Positions 1-11,366 of a stretch of 64,000 nucleotides of DNA are shown one piece after another. Position 1 is the stretch's first letter. Every line of letters begins with the position of its first letter. The position numbers and the translations under genes were made by a program. Under the pieces are notes generated by a model that was given only the letters and a program-made list of their open reading frames with translations, was not told where the DNA came from and did not search any database. Origin of the DNA: Ptychomitrium polyphyllum (taxonomy: Eukaryota); NCBI GenBank assembly GCA_973851085.1, contig OZ316776.1:12462001-12526000 (forward strand), read 5' to 3'.

Positions 1-519
1 AATATTAATAAAGGATTTTGATAATACAAAAAGACAAAACAGCTAGATCCATGTACGGAAAAATGAGGTGTATAACCAAATTTTACATGGGTATCTCAGA
101 TAACGTTGTGGTATTAACAAGTATTACCTAGATAATACACGAGTAACAAGAAAAACTGTGACCGCCTGGCAGTAATGGAGAAGAAATCACCTCTCGCGAG
201 ATCTTTGACGCTCCAACCAGAAAAGGACTCTCAGGCGTTCGTACTTCCGCTTTTCGATTGATACCGGTACGATACCGCCGTGGTACTTTACACAGTTCTG
301 CCACGCTCGCGTGATATCTAGGCGGGTATATGCAAAAATGGAATGAAGACAGCGTTGTAAGCATGTCTGGGGGCTCCTTGCGAGTGCGGGTCGGAGTTTC
401 TAGAGCCCAGCGCTGCGCTGCGACGCAGATGCGCCATTTTGATTTCGTCGGAGGCGCGATCATTCTCTAGCCCGGGGCTGGAACGCCTCACACTCGTTCA
501 CTCTTGTGTGTGTGAGATA

Positions 520-528
520 CTAGGGTTT
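520..528 (-). promoter_or_regulatory. Telo-box-like element (AAACCCTAG) upstream of COG5
   Basis: ctagggttt lies ~170 nt upstream of the ATG. Telo-boxes are established plant 5'-region elements. Confidence 0.4.
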
Positions 529-694
529 CAAGAGCCTTTCGCATAGACCTTTTTGGTTTCGATCATGTGTAGGGTTGAGAGATGTAGTGCTTTGGTGGAG
601 GAGTGATCTCGGAGGTGGAGACGGCGAGCGAGCGAGCGAGTGCGGAGGAGAGCAGGGAGAGCGGATGTGATCTACATTGTGGAGAAGTGGGGAA

Positions 695-3600
695 ATGGCG
701 TCTCCGCGTGTGCAGAGGATGGGCGGCGCTTTCAATCGTACGAGTTCTGGCTCTCCGCGGCTGCAAGCGTTGGCTGCGCACAGATCGTCGTCGCTGACTC
801 GGTTCGATCGGGAGAGCCTGTCGGACAATGCTCCTGATGCTGCGGCCGCGGAGGCAGCGTCGCGGGCTGCTATTGAGGAGTTTAAGAACGACAGGATCTT
901 CTCCAAGTTTCTCGTGGACGACTTCAATGCCACGCAATTTGCTAGTGAGGCTCTGAGCAGTGGATCCGCTGCGGCCTCTTCTGAGAAGCTTCAGGAGGGA
1001 ATTCAGCTGCTCGAGAGGCAGCTGAGGAGTGAGGTTTTCTTGCGGCACGATGAGCTGCTGGAGCAGCTGTCGAGTTTGAAGGAAACAGAGAGTGTTCTTA
1101 CGGTAGTGAGGGCTGGGGTAGAGAGCTTGCAAGCATCGACTCAAAGAGTGAGGGCAGAGATTGCGGAGCCCTACAAGAATATTAAAACTAAGTCTAAGCA
1201 ATTGGCGTCCCTCCACGATACAGTAGAGCTTCTGAGGACGGTGATTAGGGTTCTGAAGCAGGTGAAGCGACTACAAGAATTGATGGAAGCGGGTGGTGCT
1301 AACGTGGACCTGGCTAAGGCTGCCCAACTGTACAATGAGATAGAAACCCTACGAAAGGAGACCGATCTTGCCGGCGTGGAGGTTGTGGATGACGAGATTC
1401 CGTTGCTTTTGGAAGTCGGGAATCAAATTAGGAGCGAAGCAATGAAAGGTTTAGAGAAGGGCATGGAGGCCCTCAACCAGGCGGAGGTGGGTAGCATTTT
1501 GCAGGTGTATTACAATATGGGCGAGCTCAAGCCTACGGTTGAGTCTTTGATTGGAAAATACAAGCAACTGACTATCAAATGTGTGAGCATTGCTCTGGAT
1601 ATGAAAGCCATTTCGGCAAGTGTTGGAGGTTCTCTTGGTACCAGTGGTATGCAACGTAGTAATGCTTCTCAAGGTGCAGGTGTCCCAAGAGCAAGAGAAA
1701 GCCTGTGGCAGAGAATGGGAACCTGCATGGACCAGCTGCACGGCATAGTAGTCGCAGTTTGGCATTTACAGCGAGTATTGGCAAAGAAAAGAGATCCTAT
1801 TTCTCACGTTGGATTTTTGGACGAAGTTATGCAGGTAAGGGGCTGCAAATTTTAGAATCATTCTTTGGAGGCTCTTTTTGCTGAGAGGCTATCTCTTCTT
1901 ATAAAGCTCTCCATTAGTTATTTAAAGTTGAGAATACATCGAAATTAATGTCAAAAAGCATTTAGTTATACCTTAGAATTTCAGTCTATTCGATGCTTCT
2001 TAGATCTGAAAATACTAGTGCGTGGCGTGCAGGCTGGTGATCCCATGTTGACAGACCGCGTTTGGGAAATAGTGGTAAAATCGTATGCCAGCCAGATGAA
2101 ATCCGCCTTCACTGCATCGAGCTTCGTTAAGGAAACATTTGTTGTAGGTTACCCTAAGCTTCTTGGTATGGTGGACGGCTTGCTGGAGAGATTATTCAGA
2201 GATACAGACGTGAAGGGAGTGCCTCCTGCTATTAAGCTCGAAGCTAGAGATCAGCTTGTAGCAGCTCTGGAGCCTTTTCAGACTGCTTATTTGGGGAAAT
2301 CCCTTGGCCGGCTTTCTGAGCTTGTGAACAGCATGTTTCCAGCTGCTGTGCGCGGGAGTATTCCATCTCAAGAGCAGATTTCCAGATTGGTATCTCGCAT
2401 CCAAGAGGAGTTGGATATTGTGAAGTCAGATGTGAGGCTTACATTTTTGGTTTTACGAGAAATTGGCAAAATCCTCCGGCTTCTTGCTGAAAGAGCTGAA
2501 TACCAGGTCATTAACCTCAAACGCAGATACAATCTAGCGTTTTGCTAAAGGTTTCATATTCAGATGCAAACGCGAAGGTTGTTACTAATATTTGTTTGGT
2601 CAATAGATTTGCTCCTGTTCATTGATCGCCAATGAACAAAATGACTAATTTGTTCCCTTGCGATATGATAACGTGATTTGAGTGCAACTATAAATCCAAA
2701 CGTTGTTGGACTAAAAACATCAATCAGGACGAGTTTCATGGAGAATTAGCTAGCTTGATCCGTGGCATATTTCGTGCCCAATTTTTTAGCTTTGCAACGT
2801 GGTTTCTGTCAAGGTCGCTGACTGCTGAGTTGTTGTGTATTTCAGACTGCCACAGGTCCAGAATCACGACAAGTCATGGGTCCTTTAACAGCTCAGCAGC
2901 TGAAGAACATTACACTTTGTCTTCAATTGCAGGATGTGCATGCAAGAGTTACATCCATGCTAGTCGGCCTTCCCAGTGCTGCAATCGAGGTGCTCTCTCC
3001 GTCTCTTGGTTCTCTGTACGGAGTTGCATCTGATTGCATAACTGCTCTTTTCAAGGCAATGCTAGAGAGACTGGAGAGCTGCATACTACAGATACATGAG
3101 CAAAGTTTTGCGACGGATGATATGGACGCTGGCATGGGTAATGGCTGTTCCAAGTATATGGAAGATGTGCAGAAATCAATTATGCACTTTCGGAGTGAGT
3201 TTCTGTCCAAGCTGTTAGCAGGTTCTACCTCAGCTGTCACACCTGTATCTGGGGAATCAATATCAGCTGGTCTAGCAAGGAAGTTGGCTTCTCGTGTCCT
3301 CTTGTTTTGGGTTCGACATGCAGCCTTGGTCAGGCCACTTTCTGAATCAGGGAAGTTGCAACTTATTAGCGACATGGCAGAACTGGAACTTGTGGTGGGT
3401 CAAAGTTTGTTTCCCGTGGAACAGCTTGGGGCTCCTTACCGCGCATTCCGTGCATTTAAGCCCCTGGTGTTTCTTGAGACATCGGAGTTTGCTAGCAGTC
3501 CCTTGTTGCAAGAATTGCCCCCTACAGTTGTGCTCCATCATCTTTACACAAGAGCACCTGTGGAGTTGGATTCTCCAATGAAGCGCACCAAGCTGTCTCC

Positions 3601-3775
3601 TCAACAGTACTCCTTGTGGTTGGATTCTCAAGGCGGGGAGCAGGCCTGGAAGGGCATCAAGGCAACCTTGGATGAGTATGCGGCTAAAGTCAGGGCTAGA
3701 GGAGACAAGGAGTTCTCTCCTATTTACCCACTCATGTTGCAATTGGGCACTTCCCTTAATTGGAAATCAAGCTAA
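695..3775 (+). CDS. COG5: Conserved oligomeric Golgi complex subunit 5; 3 exons: 695-1834, 2033-2506, 2846-3775
   Basis: Three ORFs join in frame across GT-AG introns (cag|gtaagg 1835, gtgcag|gct 2033, cag|gtcatt 2507, ttcag|act 2846). Recognisable plant COG5 motifs: DFNATQFASEALS, VWHLQRVLAKKRDPISH, AFTASSFVKETFVVGYPKL, LVRPLSESGKL, RARGDKEFSPIYPLM. Confidence 0.95.
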
Positions 3776-4182
3776 CTTCTGGGTCCAGCCACTGTTCTTG
3801 TAAAGCCTTTCAACATCAATATCTTGTTGAAGGTGTAAATATCGGCCTCATTGGGTTTTGAAGATGCTCACGCTTTCCGAACATGGCCTGAGATATATCT
3901 CATGAGTATCGCAACAATGTCCTATTGCAAATATTAGACGATGGTGCTCGTGAGTTCCATTTTTTTACATGTATGGAAGTTATTCTGCACAATTACTCTA
4001 GCCTTATAAATGTAGCCAGTTACCATTGAGGCCATATTTTGTCATCGAAGGTTATTTCTTGTGCAAGTACTGCTTTTCGCTCACCGTGAGGTACTTGTTT
4101 GAGATAATGCAAGTACGGGTTTTGTTTCTACAATTGATCCTCGAGCATGGACAAATTGGAAGTTGCTATCATAATCTATAAT

Positions 4183-4213
4183 GAAATTGAAATTGAAATT
4201 GAAATTGAAATTG
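4183..4213. repeat. (GAAATT)5 microsatellite
   Basis: Five perfect hexamer copies downstream of COG5. Confidence 0.9.
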
Positions 4214-5554
4214 CTACTGTCTGGAAGAGAATCTGAGTTTCCCGAGATCTCTTCTTCGATGCAAGCATGTCCTCATTGACTATAGCCACACTCTTGTCCT
4301 TCTGTAATCTGAAGTCGGAAACAAGAAAGTTATCTTATCGTCAAAATGTCGTGTGGAGAAGAGTTTTGACAAGTTTCCACTCGGTCTCCCTAAATTAGGC
4401 ATGAGTTTCCATGTGATTCTTGATTACAAATCTATTAAATGCGTTTCATTTCTCAAATTTTCATTGAATACAATGAAAATTGTGCATATTGTATGATGAA
4501 TTTCGGATTTGAAATGCCGGGTTATAATGAGCCCTAGTTTATTACTATAGAAGGAATTTTGCACATGCAAAAATATGTTATATAACTAAAATTTCATATA
4601 ATTTGTTGTTGTATTAGCAAGGTTAAAATATAATTGGATTTGCTTTTTAGAAAAATTCATAAAGTTACTTTGTATGTTTCAATTTCTATTTCATTTTTAA
4701 ATTCAAAAAATAATAGTATTAGGCACAAACCTTTTTCATTCTAGAAATTCATTGAAGTGAAGTGTTACAAGAAAAACAAAGCATTTGTCAATGCCATTGT
4801 TTTTCATCTACCTATTCCTCACTTTGACTATCATAATCTGTTGTTAAAAAGTATGAGCAAATAAAAATTGTGTGTAGAATACATGTTAGCATTAACTATG
4901 TATAAATACTCCTAACTTCAAGGAAAATACTTGAAATAACTGGAAAAACTGAAAGGCCTAGTTCACATTGAGCATGATACTGGAAACGCCCAGTTACAAA
5001 TTAGGCTAAGTTCGCTTTCTCCATTTATAACCAGTGCTCTACAATTGGTAATTCAATATTGGATACCCTGCCACGATCATGACCAATTTTCACTGACTCG
5101 CATAAAATTCTTCTCATGCATATGACTTCGGAAGCGGAACCTCGCACCCACATTTGGTCTTCAATCAACAAGAAACAGTCAGGATGCCAGAGCAAGGGTG
5201 ACCCAGGACTGCGTCACGAGGTCCCATAATTGTCGAACCAGGACCCCACGGCCAAGGGCGCGCCAACCGACGCATGTTACCAATTCTGGCGCCATTGATT
5301 GAATCGTTCGCCATAGCCCCGTTTATCCACACAGGTGGCGAGGCCGACACTCCGACCGCTCTCTGTTCCCCTCCTTTGCCAAGTTACCCGTGCACGTCTG
5401 TCCTCGGTCTCCTGTGCATCCCGTCACGCTGGAGCTCCGATCCCACATTCTTCACACCCTTGGTGGAGGGTCTCGGTGTGGAGCGGCACGCGGTACCCCG
5501 GGGCCTCGGATGCGGGAGGTTTGGTGCGGACGCGACGGAGGGGAGTTTTGGGTC

Positions 5555-5563
5555 TTAGGGTTT
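5555..5563 (-). promoter_or_regulatory. Telo-box (AAACCCTAA) upstream of the 7TM gene
   Basis: Exact ttagggttt ~240 nt upstream of ATG 5804. Confidence 0.45.
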
Positions 5564-5803
5564 GGCGCATCGGGGTCGATGAGTGAGCAGCGCGGAGGGC
5601 TTCCCTGAGCTGCCCTGGGTGGAGGAGCGCGGGGCTGCGGTGGGCGCTGCGCCAGGTGAGGGCGCGCGCGGGCGGCGGGGTGGGATCTTGGCGGCACGGC
5701 GGGGATGAGCGTGGGAGCGGTGGATCTGGGTCGCGGGCGATCGGAGGGGGCCGTGAGCGGGGCCGGTGGTCGTCCGGGGAGGGGCGTTGGGAGGAGCGGC
5801 GCC

Positions 5804-7102
5804 ATGGCGTTGCGGGGGCGGGTGCTGAGCGGGCTGATGGCGGTGGCGGTGGCGGCGAGCTTGGTTCCGGCAGCTTGGGGCGAGATCAAGCACCTGTCGA
5901 TCAAGGACGACGCGCGCGCCATCATCTCGTTCGAGACGTTCGGGTTCGTGCCGGGGGGGTACGTGGACGTGGTGGTGTCGAACGTGAACGTGAAGGAGGC
6001 GAATGCGGACCGGGGGCGGATGGGGTTCTTCCTGTCGACGATGGAGGACCTGGTGCCGGTGCTGAGCAACCTGGAGGCGCAGGGGAAGAACTGCCTGATG
6101 GACAGCAAGCTGATGCACACGCTGTTCACGCTGGCGGAGACGGAGAAGTGGAACCTGACGCACCTGGTGGAGGGGTCGAACGAGTACAGCCTGTTCTTCG
6201 AGAACTGCGTGAGGACGGAGGTGTCGATGGAGGTGGTGACGTCGATGTACAATGTGGAGGGCGGGTTCAAGGACTTTCTGCCGGTGGGGCAGACGGTGCT
6301 GCCGCGGATGTACTTCGCGTTCTTTCTGGCGAACGTGGCGGTGCTGGGGGTGTGGGCGTGGGTGTGCTGGGCGCAGCGGGCGTCGGTGCAGCGGATCCAC
6401 GTGCTGATGGGGCTGCTGGTGGTGGTGAAGGCGCTGAACATGATCTGCGAGGCGGAGGACAAGCAGTTCGTGAAGCGGACGGGGACGGCGCACGGGTGGG
6501 ACGTGGCGTACTACGTGTTCAACTTCCTGCGGGGGCTGCTGCTGTTCAGCGTGATCGTGCTGGTCGGGACGGGGTGGTCGTTCCTGAAGCCGTTCCTGCA
6601 GGACAAGGAGAAGAAGGTGCTGATGGTGGTGATCCCGCTGCAGGTGTTCGCGAACACGGCGTACATCGTGTACGACGAGGCGGGGCCGTCGACGAAGGAC
6701 TTCTTCACGTGGAAGCAGGTGTTCCTGCTGCTGGACATCATCTGCTGCTGCGCGGTGCTGTTCCCGATCGTGTGGTCGATCAAGCACCTGCGGGAGGCGT
6801 CGCGGACGGACGGGAAGGCGGCGCGGAACCTGGTGAAGCTGACGCTGTTCCGGCAGTTCTACATCGTGGTGGTGAGCTACATCTACTTCACGCGGATAGT
6901 GGTGTTCGCGCTGTACACGGTGACGGTGTACCGGTACCGGTGGACGTCGAAGTTCGCGGAGGAGGCGGCGAACCTGGCGTTCTACATCTACACGGGGTAC
7001 AAGTTCAGGCCGGTGTCGCACAACCCTTACTTCGTGCTGGACGATGACGAGGAGGAGGCTGCGGCACTGGAGGCTCTGAAGGACGACGAGTTCGACCTCT
7101 GA
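5804..7102 (+). CDS. GPR107: Lung seven-transmembrane receptor family protein (GPR107/GPR108-like; plant CAND6/7 type), single exon
   Basis: Signal peptide (MALRGRVLSGLMAVAVAASLVPAAWG), luminal domain (FETFGF..GG) and 7 hydrophobic segments with family motifs IGTGW-like VGTGWSFLKPFLQDKEKKV, LVKLTLFRQFYIVVVSYIYFTRI, GYKFRP..NPYF, plus an acidic tail. ATG 5804 (gccATGg) is preferred over the in-frame ATG at 5705. Confidence 0.93.
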   Translation: MALRGRVLSGLMAVAVAASLVPAAWGEIKHLSIKDDARAIISFETFGFVPGGYVDVVVSNVNVKEANADRGRMGFFLSTMEDLVPVLSNLEAQGKNCLMDSKLMHTLFTLAETEKWNLTHLVEGSNEYSLFFENCVRTEVSMEVVTSMYNVEGGFKDFLPVGQTVLPRMYFAFFLANVAVLGVWAWVCWAQRASVQRIHVLMGLLVVVKALNMICEAEDKQFVKRTGTAHGWDVAYYVFNFLRGLLLFSVIVLVGTGWSFLKPFLQDKEKKVLMVVIPLQVFANTAYIVYDEAGPSTKDFFTWKQVFLLLDIICCCAVLFPIVWSIKHLREASRTDGKAARNLVKLTLFRQFYIVVVSYIYFTRIVVFALYTVTVYRYRWTSKFAEEAANLAFYIYTGYKFRPVSHNPYFVLDDDEEEAAALEALKDDEFDL

Positions 7103-8219
7103 AGTTGCCACATTGCATGGAGCAGAATTCTTCGGTTGTAGGATAAGGTTGTTTCGTAGTGTTCATCTTGGAGATTTTTTCCTTGCCGATTTCCAGCAAG
7201 GCGGGAGATGAATTTTGAATTAGAGGTCGGGTTGGAGATAATCGAGGATTGATCTGCTTTCAGATACATATAGGCGGAACGTGTAATATCGGGTGTATTA
7301 GTTCGTCCATGTATAGCTCGAACTTTTTGTACTCAGTTAGGAGTATCCTGATACATACACATTCTTATCAGCTCATAGTTTTCGGTGAATCACTTGTTAA
7401 GCTGATCTAACATTAGTGATGAATCATTGTACTTGGTAGAGTTGTAGTGCGTCTTCGATGATGTTATCGCGAATTATTTCAATCTTGTACGAGGATATCA
7501 CTTCAATCAAGCCTTTATTCTTTGGGCACATTGTATACATTTAGTTTGCATCTGTTGCCAGGTATTTCGGAGTGGTATGACTTGACGGTTAGTTAACCAG
7601 TGTTTTGCTGCAATTGGTGTGTATATGTAGTCTCCTAGGTGGATCTACGGGTAGTTAGCATATTTTTAAGGAAATGTAACCTGCTGACGATGTGGAGCTG
7701 ATATTTGCTTGTTATGGTAGTAAAGCCCAAATATTTGATGTGGAATTAAGTATTTTCGCTGGCAGGCAGAGCCTCGGTAGTGTCTACCATTCACCGAAGA
7801 CTGCAGGCACCCGGAGTTAAGAGTCGGACTCTCAACTGGGAAGTGTCTCCTGAGCTCTCACATCTGAGTCGGTAGAAAACGAAGGTGGCCTACATGCTCC
7901 AGGCCTGGCGGTTTACGTTGTTTACTATAGTGCTCCTCTCACAACTACTTAACTACCGCTTTGAAGTTAAGGATTATTGTTTCTCCAGAATATGTTATTC
8001 TTCATTTATTTTTTGTTATAATGCTTGTTTAGAGTACAAGAACTATGTGCTGGTGCTTCTTCATTCAAAATGGGAGGTGCTATTCTATTTTATTCCGGTT
8101 TTGTTGTTCCTACTTTTTCGATTTTGCAATTATTATTTTGATTGCAACTGACTTGATTGTCCCCCGACTCAAGTTTGTAATTATATTTTGTTTTGCAAAA
8201 CCATTTCCAGAAGCACATT

Positions 8220-11200
8220 TTAGGAAGCTTTGGCAGCCGCTGTGAAGCGAGCAAGATGCTCGCTATTCTTCAGCAAAGACTCCACTCGCCGTTCAGCTTT
8301 CTCTACAAGAAGTTCCCACTCGTCTTGCAGCTCCTTCAGTTCAGACTTCATGAATTCCACTGCCAAACATGTCGCCCAGATGACCTCCCATTGTTCCTCT
8401 GCAAGCTCCATCAATCCAGTGCTCTGCTTCCGAAGCTCTCCTAGCTTTGTCTTCAAGACGTCAACAGTCGTGTTGAAGAGAGCGGCAATGGCTGGAACTA
8501 GGGGAAACAAGCCATCGAACGATTGGTGTTGCAGGAGAGACCATAGCCGCGTGTGTGGATCGCTGGCGCTGGTGGCCGCTTGATCATCTGCTCGCAGCAC
8601 CTGTTGTTGATTTAACACCTGTTGTTGATGAGAGCTTGCTGCACCAAATGCTGGAGCTGGAGCTGCACCAAATGCTGAACCTGCACCAAATGCTGGAGCT
8701 GGAGCTGCCCCACATGCTGAAGCTTCACCAAACGCTGGAGCTGGAGCTGCACCAAATGCTGAACCTGCACCAAATGCTGAACCTGCACCAAACGCTGGAG
8801 CTGGAGCTGCACCAAATACTGAACCTGCACCAAATGCTGGAGCTGGAGCTGCACCAAATGCTGAACCTGCACCAAACGCTGGAGCTGGAGCTGCACCAAA
8901 TGCTGAACCTGCACCAAATGCTGGAGCTGGAGCTGCACCAAATGCTGAACCTGCACCAAACGCTGGACCTGGAGCTGCCCCACATGCTGAAGCTTCACCA
9001 AACGCTGGAGCTGGAGCTGCCCCACATGCTAAAGCGTCACCAAACGCTGGGGCTGAACTTGCCATAAACAAATTTCCACTAAATGACGGTTGGCATTGAG
9101 GTCCAAATGCTCGAGTGCAGGTCCCAAATAGTCCCGTAGTTGTTTGGCCGCTGATAGGAAAGTGATTTGTTGAAGATGCAGCTTGCTGTGCGAAGAATCC
9201 ACCTGAGGCCAATACTTGTGGTGTTGCAAAAGAGATTGTCTGGCCTCGGAAGCGGGCTGAATCGGGTAGCGCAAAATTGACTATAAATGAGCCTTCTGGA
9301 ATAGCTTCTTGCGCGTTGCGAGGGCCCTCTTCGTCGATGGCCACCCAGCTGGTATTCTTCGTGGAGAGGCTGTACCTCACTCCAGTGTCAACTATCTTCT
9401 GTTTTGTGATTTCTGCGACGTGATTGAAACTCAAGGGTAGAATACCGCTCCCTTTCTGGCCTTCTCGCTGCGCTATAGACACGCCGAGGTGCTTGAGTTT
9501 CTGCTCCTCGTAAGTTGTGAGCACCTTCCCGAGCACATGAATGTGAGAGGAGGCTTCTTCCAAGTCACGCACCAATGCCCGAGCTGCAAGGGAATGCAGC
9601 ATTGTCTCACCCTCGGTGACGGACTTGATCTTCACCCGGAGTTCCACTGGCCCGTCCGGGGAGACGCCTCGGAGGACGAGCTCCTTCGGAAGAGGGGTTG
9701 TCGGTGAGAGAATTGCGTAGACTGTGAACCTGGCTCCGCGGCACAGAAGGGGGACCTTGAACGGTGCTTGGTGGATCGTAGCAGAGATTTCAGGAGGTGG
9801 AGTGTTTTCTGAAACTACCAGGGGGGATTTCGACATTAAATCGACCAGTGGTTTGCTGGCATTCTTGTTCAAAAGAGCCAAAACATCATCAGCACCTTCC
9901 TCGCCTTCGACCATTACAAAGTCATCGGTATCCGTCCATTCTATAGCAGTGTTGGTGACAGGAGGCGTGAGCCCTGCTTTGAGCATGTTGACGACTTTCT
10001 TCTCCATGCGCTCGCCCGCCATGACCAACTGGGCGTATCCACCGCCTGCTCTCGCCACCGATTCGATCAGGTGGTGTGAGACGGAGTCTCCAACGCCAAG
10101 AGAGAACACTCTCAGCGGTTGACTACTCCTCTCGCCATCGTCAACAGCGTTGCTTATGTCTCTACCAAGCTGTTCAACGTTCCATACCTGTCCATCGGTG
10201 AGCAGGAAGATCTGCGTGGGGACGTCTCGACGACGGCGTTGGAGAATCTCCTGGAAGGCCCTCGCAAGCTCGGTGCCGCCCATGTTTGCCTGAATTGTTT
10301 GCGCATATCGGACTCCCGCTTTCAAAGACTCCGCATTATATTCGACAGATGTCGGAAACAAGGCTTGGTGGGTGGAACCAAACCCAATGATGTTGAAGTA
10401 GTGATTTTCAAAGGGGATGGATCGAAGGAAAAGCTCCAACGCCTCGCCAGCCCTTCTAATTTGTGGGCCAGACATTGATCCCGAGCGGTCGACAAGGAAG
10501 ACTAGCTCGGAAGCTCGGAGAGGCTGAAGCGCAAACCGGGGCTGGAAAGTCAGTGAAATTGCGTGAGTTTGATCTGTGGCATGATGCTCTACAAGCACAC
10601 GCGGTTGATCTAATTCCAGTGACTCGACGATGAAGACGAGATCGCGGTCAAGGAAAGAATCCCCCGTGAGGCTTACTCTGGCGCGGTTCGGGTCGAAGGC
10701 GAAGGATTCAGAAGGGCTTAAACTCTCAGTTGTGCCAACATGGACTTCAATAGGGTGGGACGGCGACTGCACTGAAGTGATCGGCCTGGACATGGCGCAA
10801 ACCATCTCGACAGATAACTTGGAAGCATGAACTGAAGAAGGGGAATTCGAATTTCCAAACATGCCGCCGTAGTTGTTGCTGCAGCCGTAACGAGGAGCCA
10901 CGGTGGTGGGCAAGACGAACCGGACCTGATTCTCTCCCGCATCCTGCTTAATTTCCGACACTAAAGTGATGCGGATGGAAATCGTCTTCCCCGGTGGAAT
11001 GTTACCAATAAAAGCTTGGAACACATCGGGCTTCTCCGCTTCCAGCAACGACGCTGTCTTCCCGGCACTCACGGCCTCCTGGTACTCATCCCTCGCCGCG
11101 ACCTTCTCCCGCACCTTGCCAACGAACTTCCTACCGTCGACTTCCGCCTGGAACCCAGTCACAGCCACGCCCTCGTACAACGGGAACGCGTAGGCCGCTT

Positions 11201-11366
11201 CGATATAATCGTTGCGGAGCGGATTTACGTACGTTTGAATCATCGTGTACTCCGTCATCGCGTCGCGGATCAGACCCGTCACGGCCACGCCTTGGAGCGG
11301 GGCAGATTGACGTACTCCAAAGTGTGACATCGTGTCGCCCACCACAACGAAAGACAATCGACTCAT
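8220..11366 (-). CDS. VIT + von Willebrand factor A domain protein (VWA5A / PARP4 C-terminal-half-like) with FG-type repeat insert; 1048 aa, no coding introns
   Basis: N-terminal VIT domain (YVNP..IEAAYAFPL..AVTGF..GKVREK..A..EY..A, FQAFIGNIPPG). vWA with complete MIDAS (FLVDRSGSM, GGTEL, LLTDG) and VFSLGVG. C-terminal HSLAARALVRDLE, S..TSWVAID and QSFDG.F..WAT.LA..EWELLVEKA blocks typical of VWA5A-like proteins. Confidence 0.9.
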   Translation of the reverse strand: MSRLSFVVVGDTMSHFGVRQSAPLQGVAVTGLIRDAMTEYTMIQTYVNPLRNDYIEAAYAFPLYEGVAVTGFQAEVDGRKFVGKVREKVAARDEYQEAVSAGKTASLLEAEKPDVFQAFIGNIPPGKTISIRITLVSEIKQDAGENQVRFVLPTTVAPRYGCSNNYGGMFGNSNSPSSVHASKLSVEMVCAMSRPITSVQSPSHPIEVHVGTTESLSPSESFAFDPNRARVSLTGDSFLDRDLVFIVESLELDQPRVLVEHHATDQTHAISLTFQPRFALQPLRASELVFLVDRSGSMSGPQIRRAGEALELFLRSIPFENHYFNIIGFGSTHQALFPTSVEYNAESLKAGVRYAQTIQANMGGTELARAFQEILQRRRRDVPTQIFLLTDGQVWNVEQLGRDISNAVDDGERSSQPLRVFSLGVGDSVSHHLIESVARAGGGYAQLVMAGERMEKKVVNMLKAGLTPPVTNTAIEWTDTDDFVMVEGEEGADDVLALLNKNASKPLVDLMSKSPLVVSENTPPPEISATIHQAPFKVPLLCRGARFTVYAILSPTTPLPKELVLRGVSPDGPVELRVKIKSVTEGETMLHSLAARALVRDLEEASSHIHVLGKVLTTYEEQKLKHLGVSIAQREGQKGSGILPLSFNHVAEITKQKIVDTGVRYSLSTKNTSWVAIDEEGPRNAQEAIPEGSFIVNFALPDSARFRGQTISFATPQVLASGGFFAQQAASSTNHFPISGQTTTGLFGTCTRAFGPQCQPSFSGNLFMASSAPAFGDALACGAAPAPAFGEASACGAAPGPAFGAGSAFGAAPAPAFGAGSAFGAAPAPAFGAGSAFGAAPAPAFGAGSVFGAAPAPAFGAGSAFGAGSAFGAAPAPAFGEASACGAAPAPAFGAGSAFGAAPAPAFGAASSHQQQVLNQQQVLRADDQAATSASDPHTRLWSLLQHQSFDGLFPLVPAIAALFNTTVDVLKTKLGELRKQSTGLMELAEEQWEVIWATCLAVEFMKSELKELQDEWELLVEKAERRVESLLKNSEHLARFTAAAKAS
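8641..9052 (-). repeat. Coding minisatellite, ~42-nt unit (24+18 nt modules), ~10 copies encoding AFGAGS-AFGAAPAP
   Basis: Near-identical modules gcaccaaatgctggagctggagct and gcaccaaatgctgaacct alternate. A variant module encodes AFGEASACG. Confidence 0.95.

Noticed and set aside
5452..7111. Long overlapping ORFs (518 aa and 336 aa minus, 463 aa plus) over the 7TM gene
   Set aside because: These are shadows of the extreme G/C third-position bias. The translations are low-complexity with no recognisable domain.
8641..9052. Regular repeats as a possible CRISPR array
   Set aside because: There are no unique spacers and no cas genes, and the repeat is in frame within a eukaryotic CDS.
8555..9067. 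Repetitive alternative-frame ORFs (LELELHQM.., VQVQHL.., CRFSIW..)
   Set aside because: They are off-frame readings of the 42-nt coding minisatellite.
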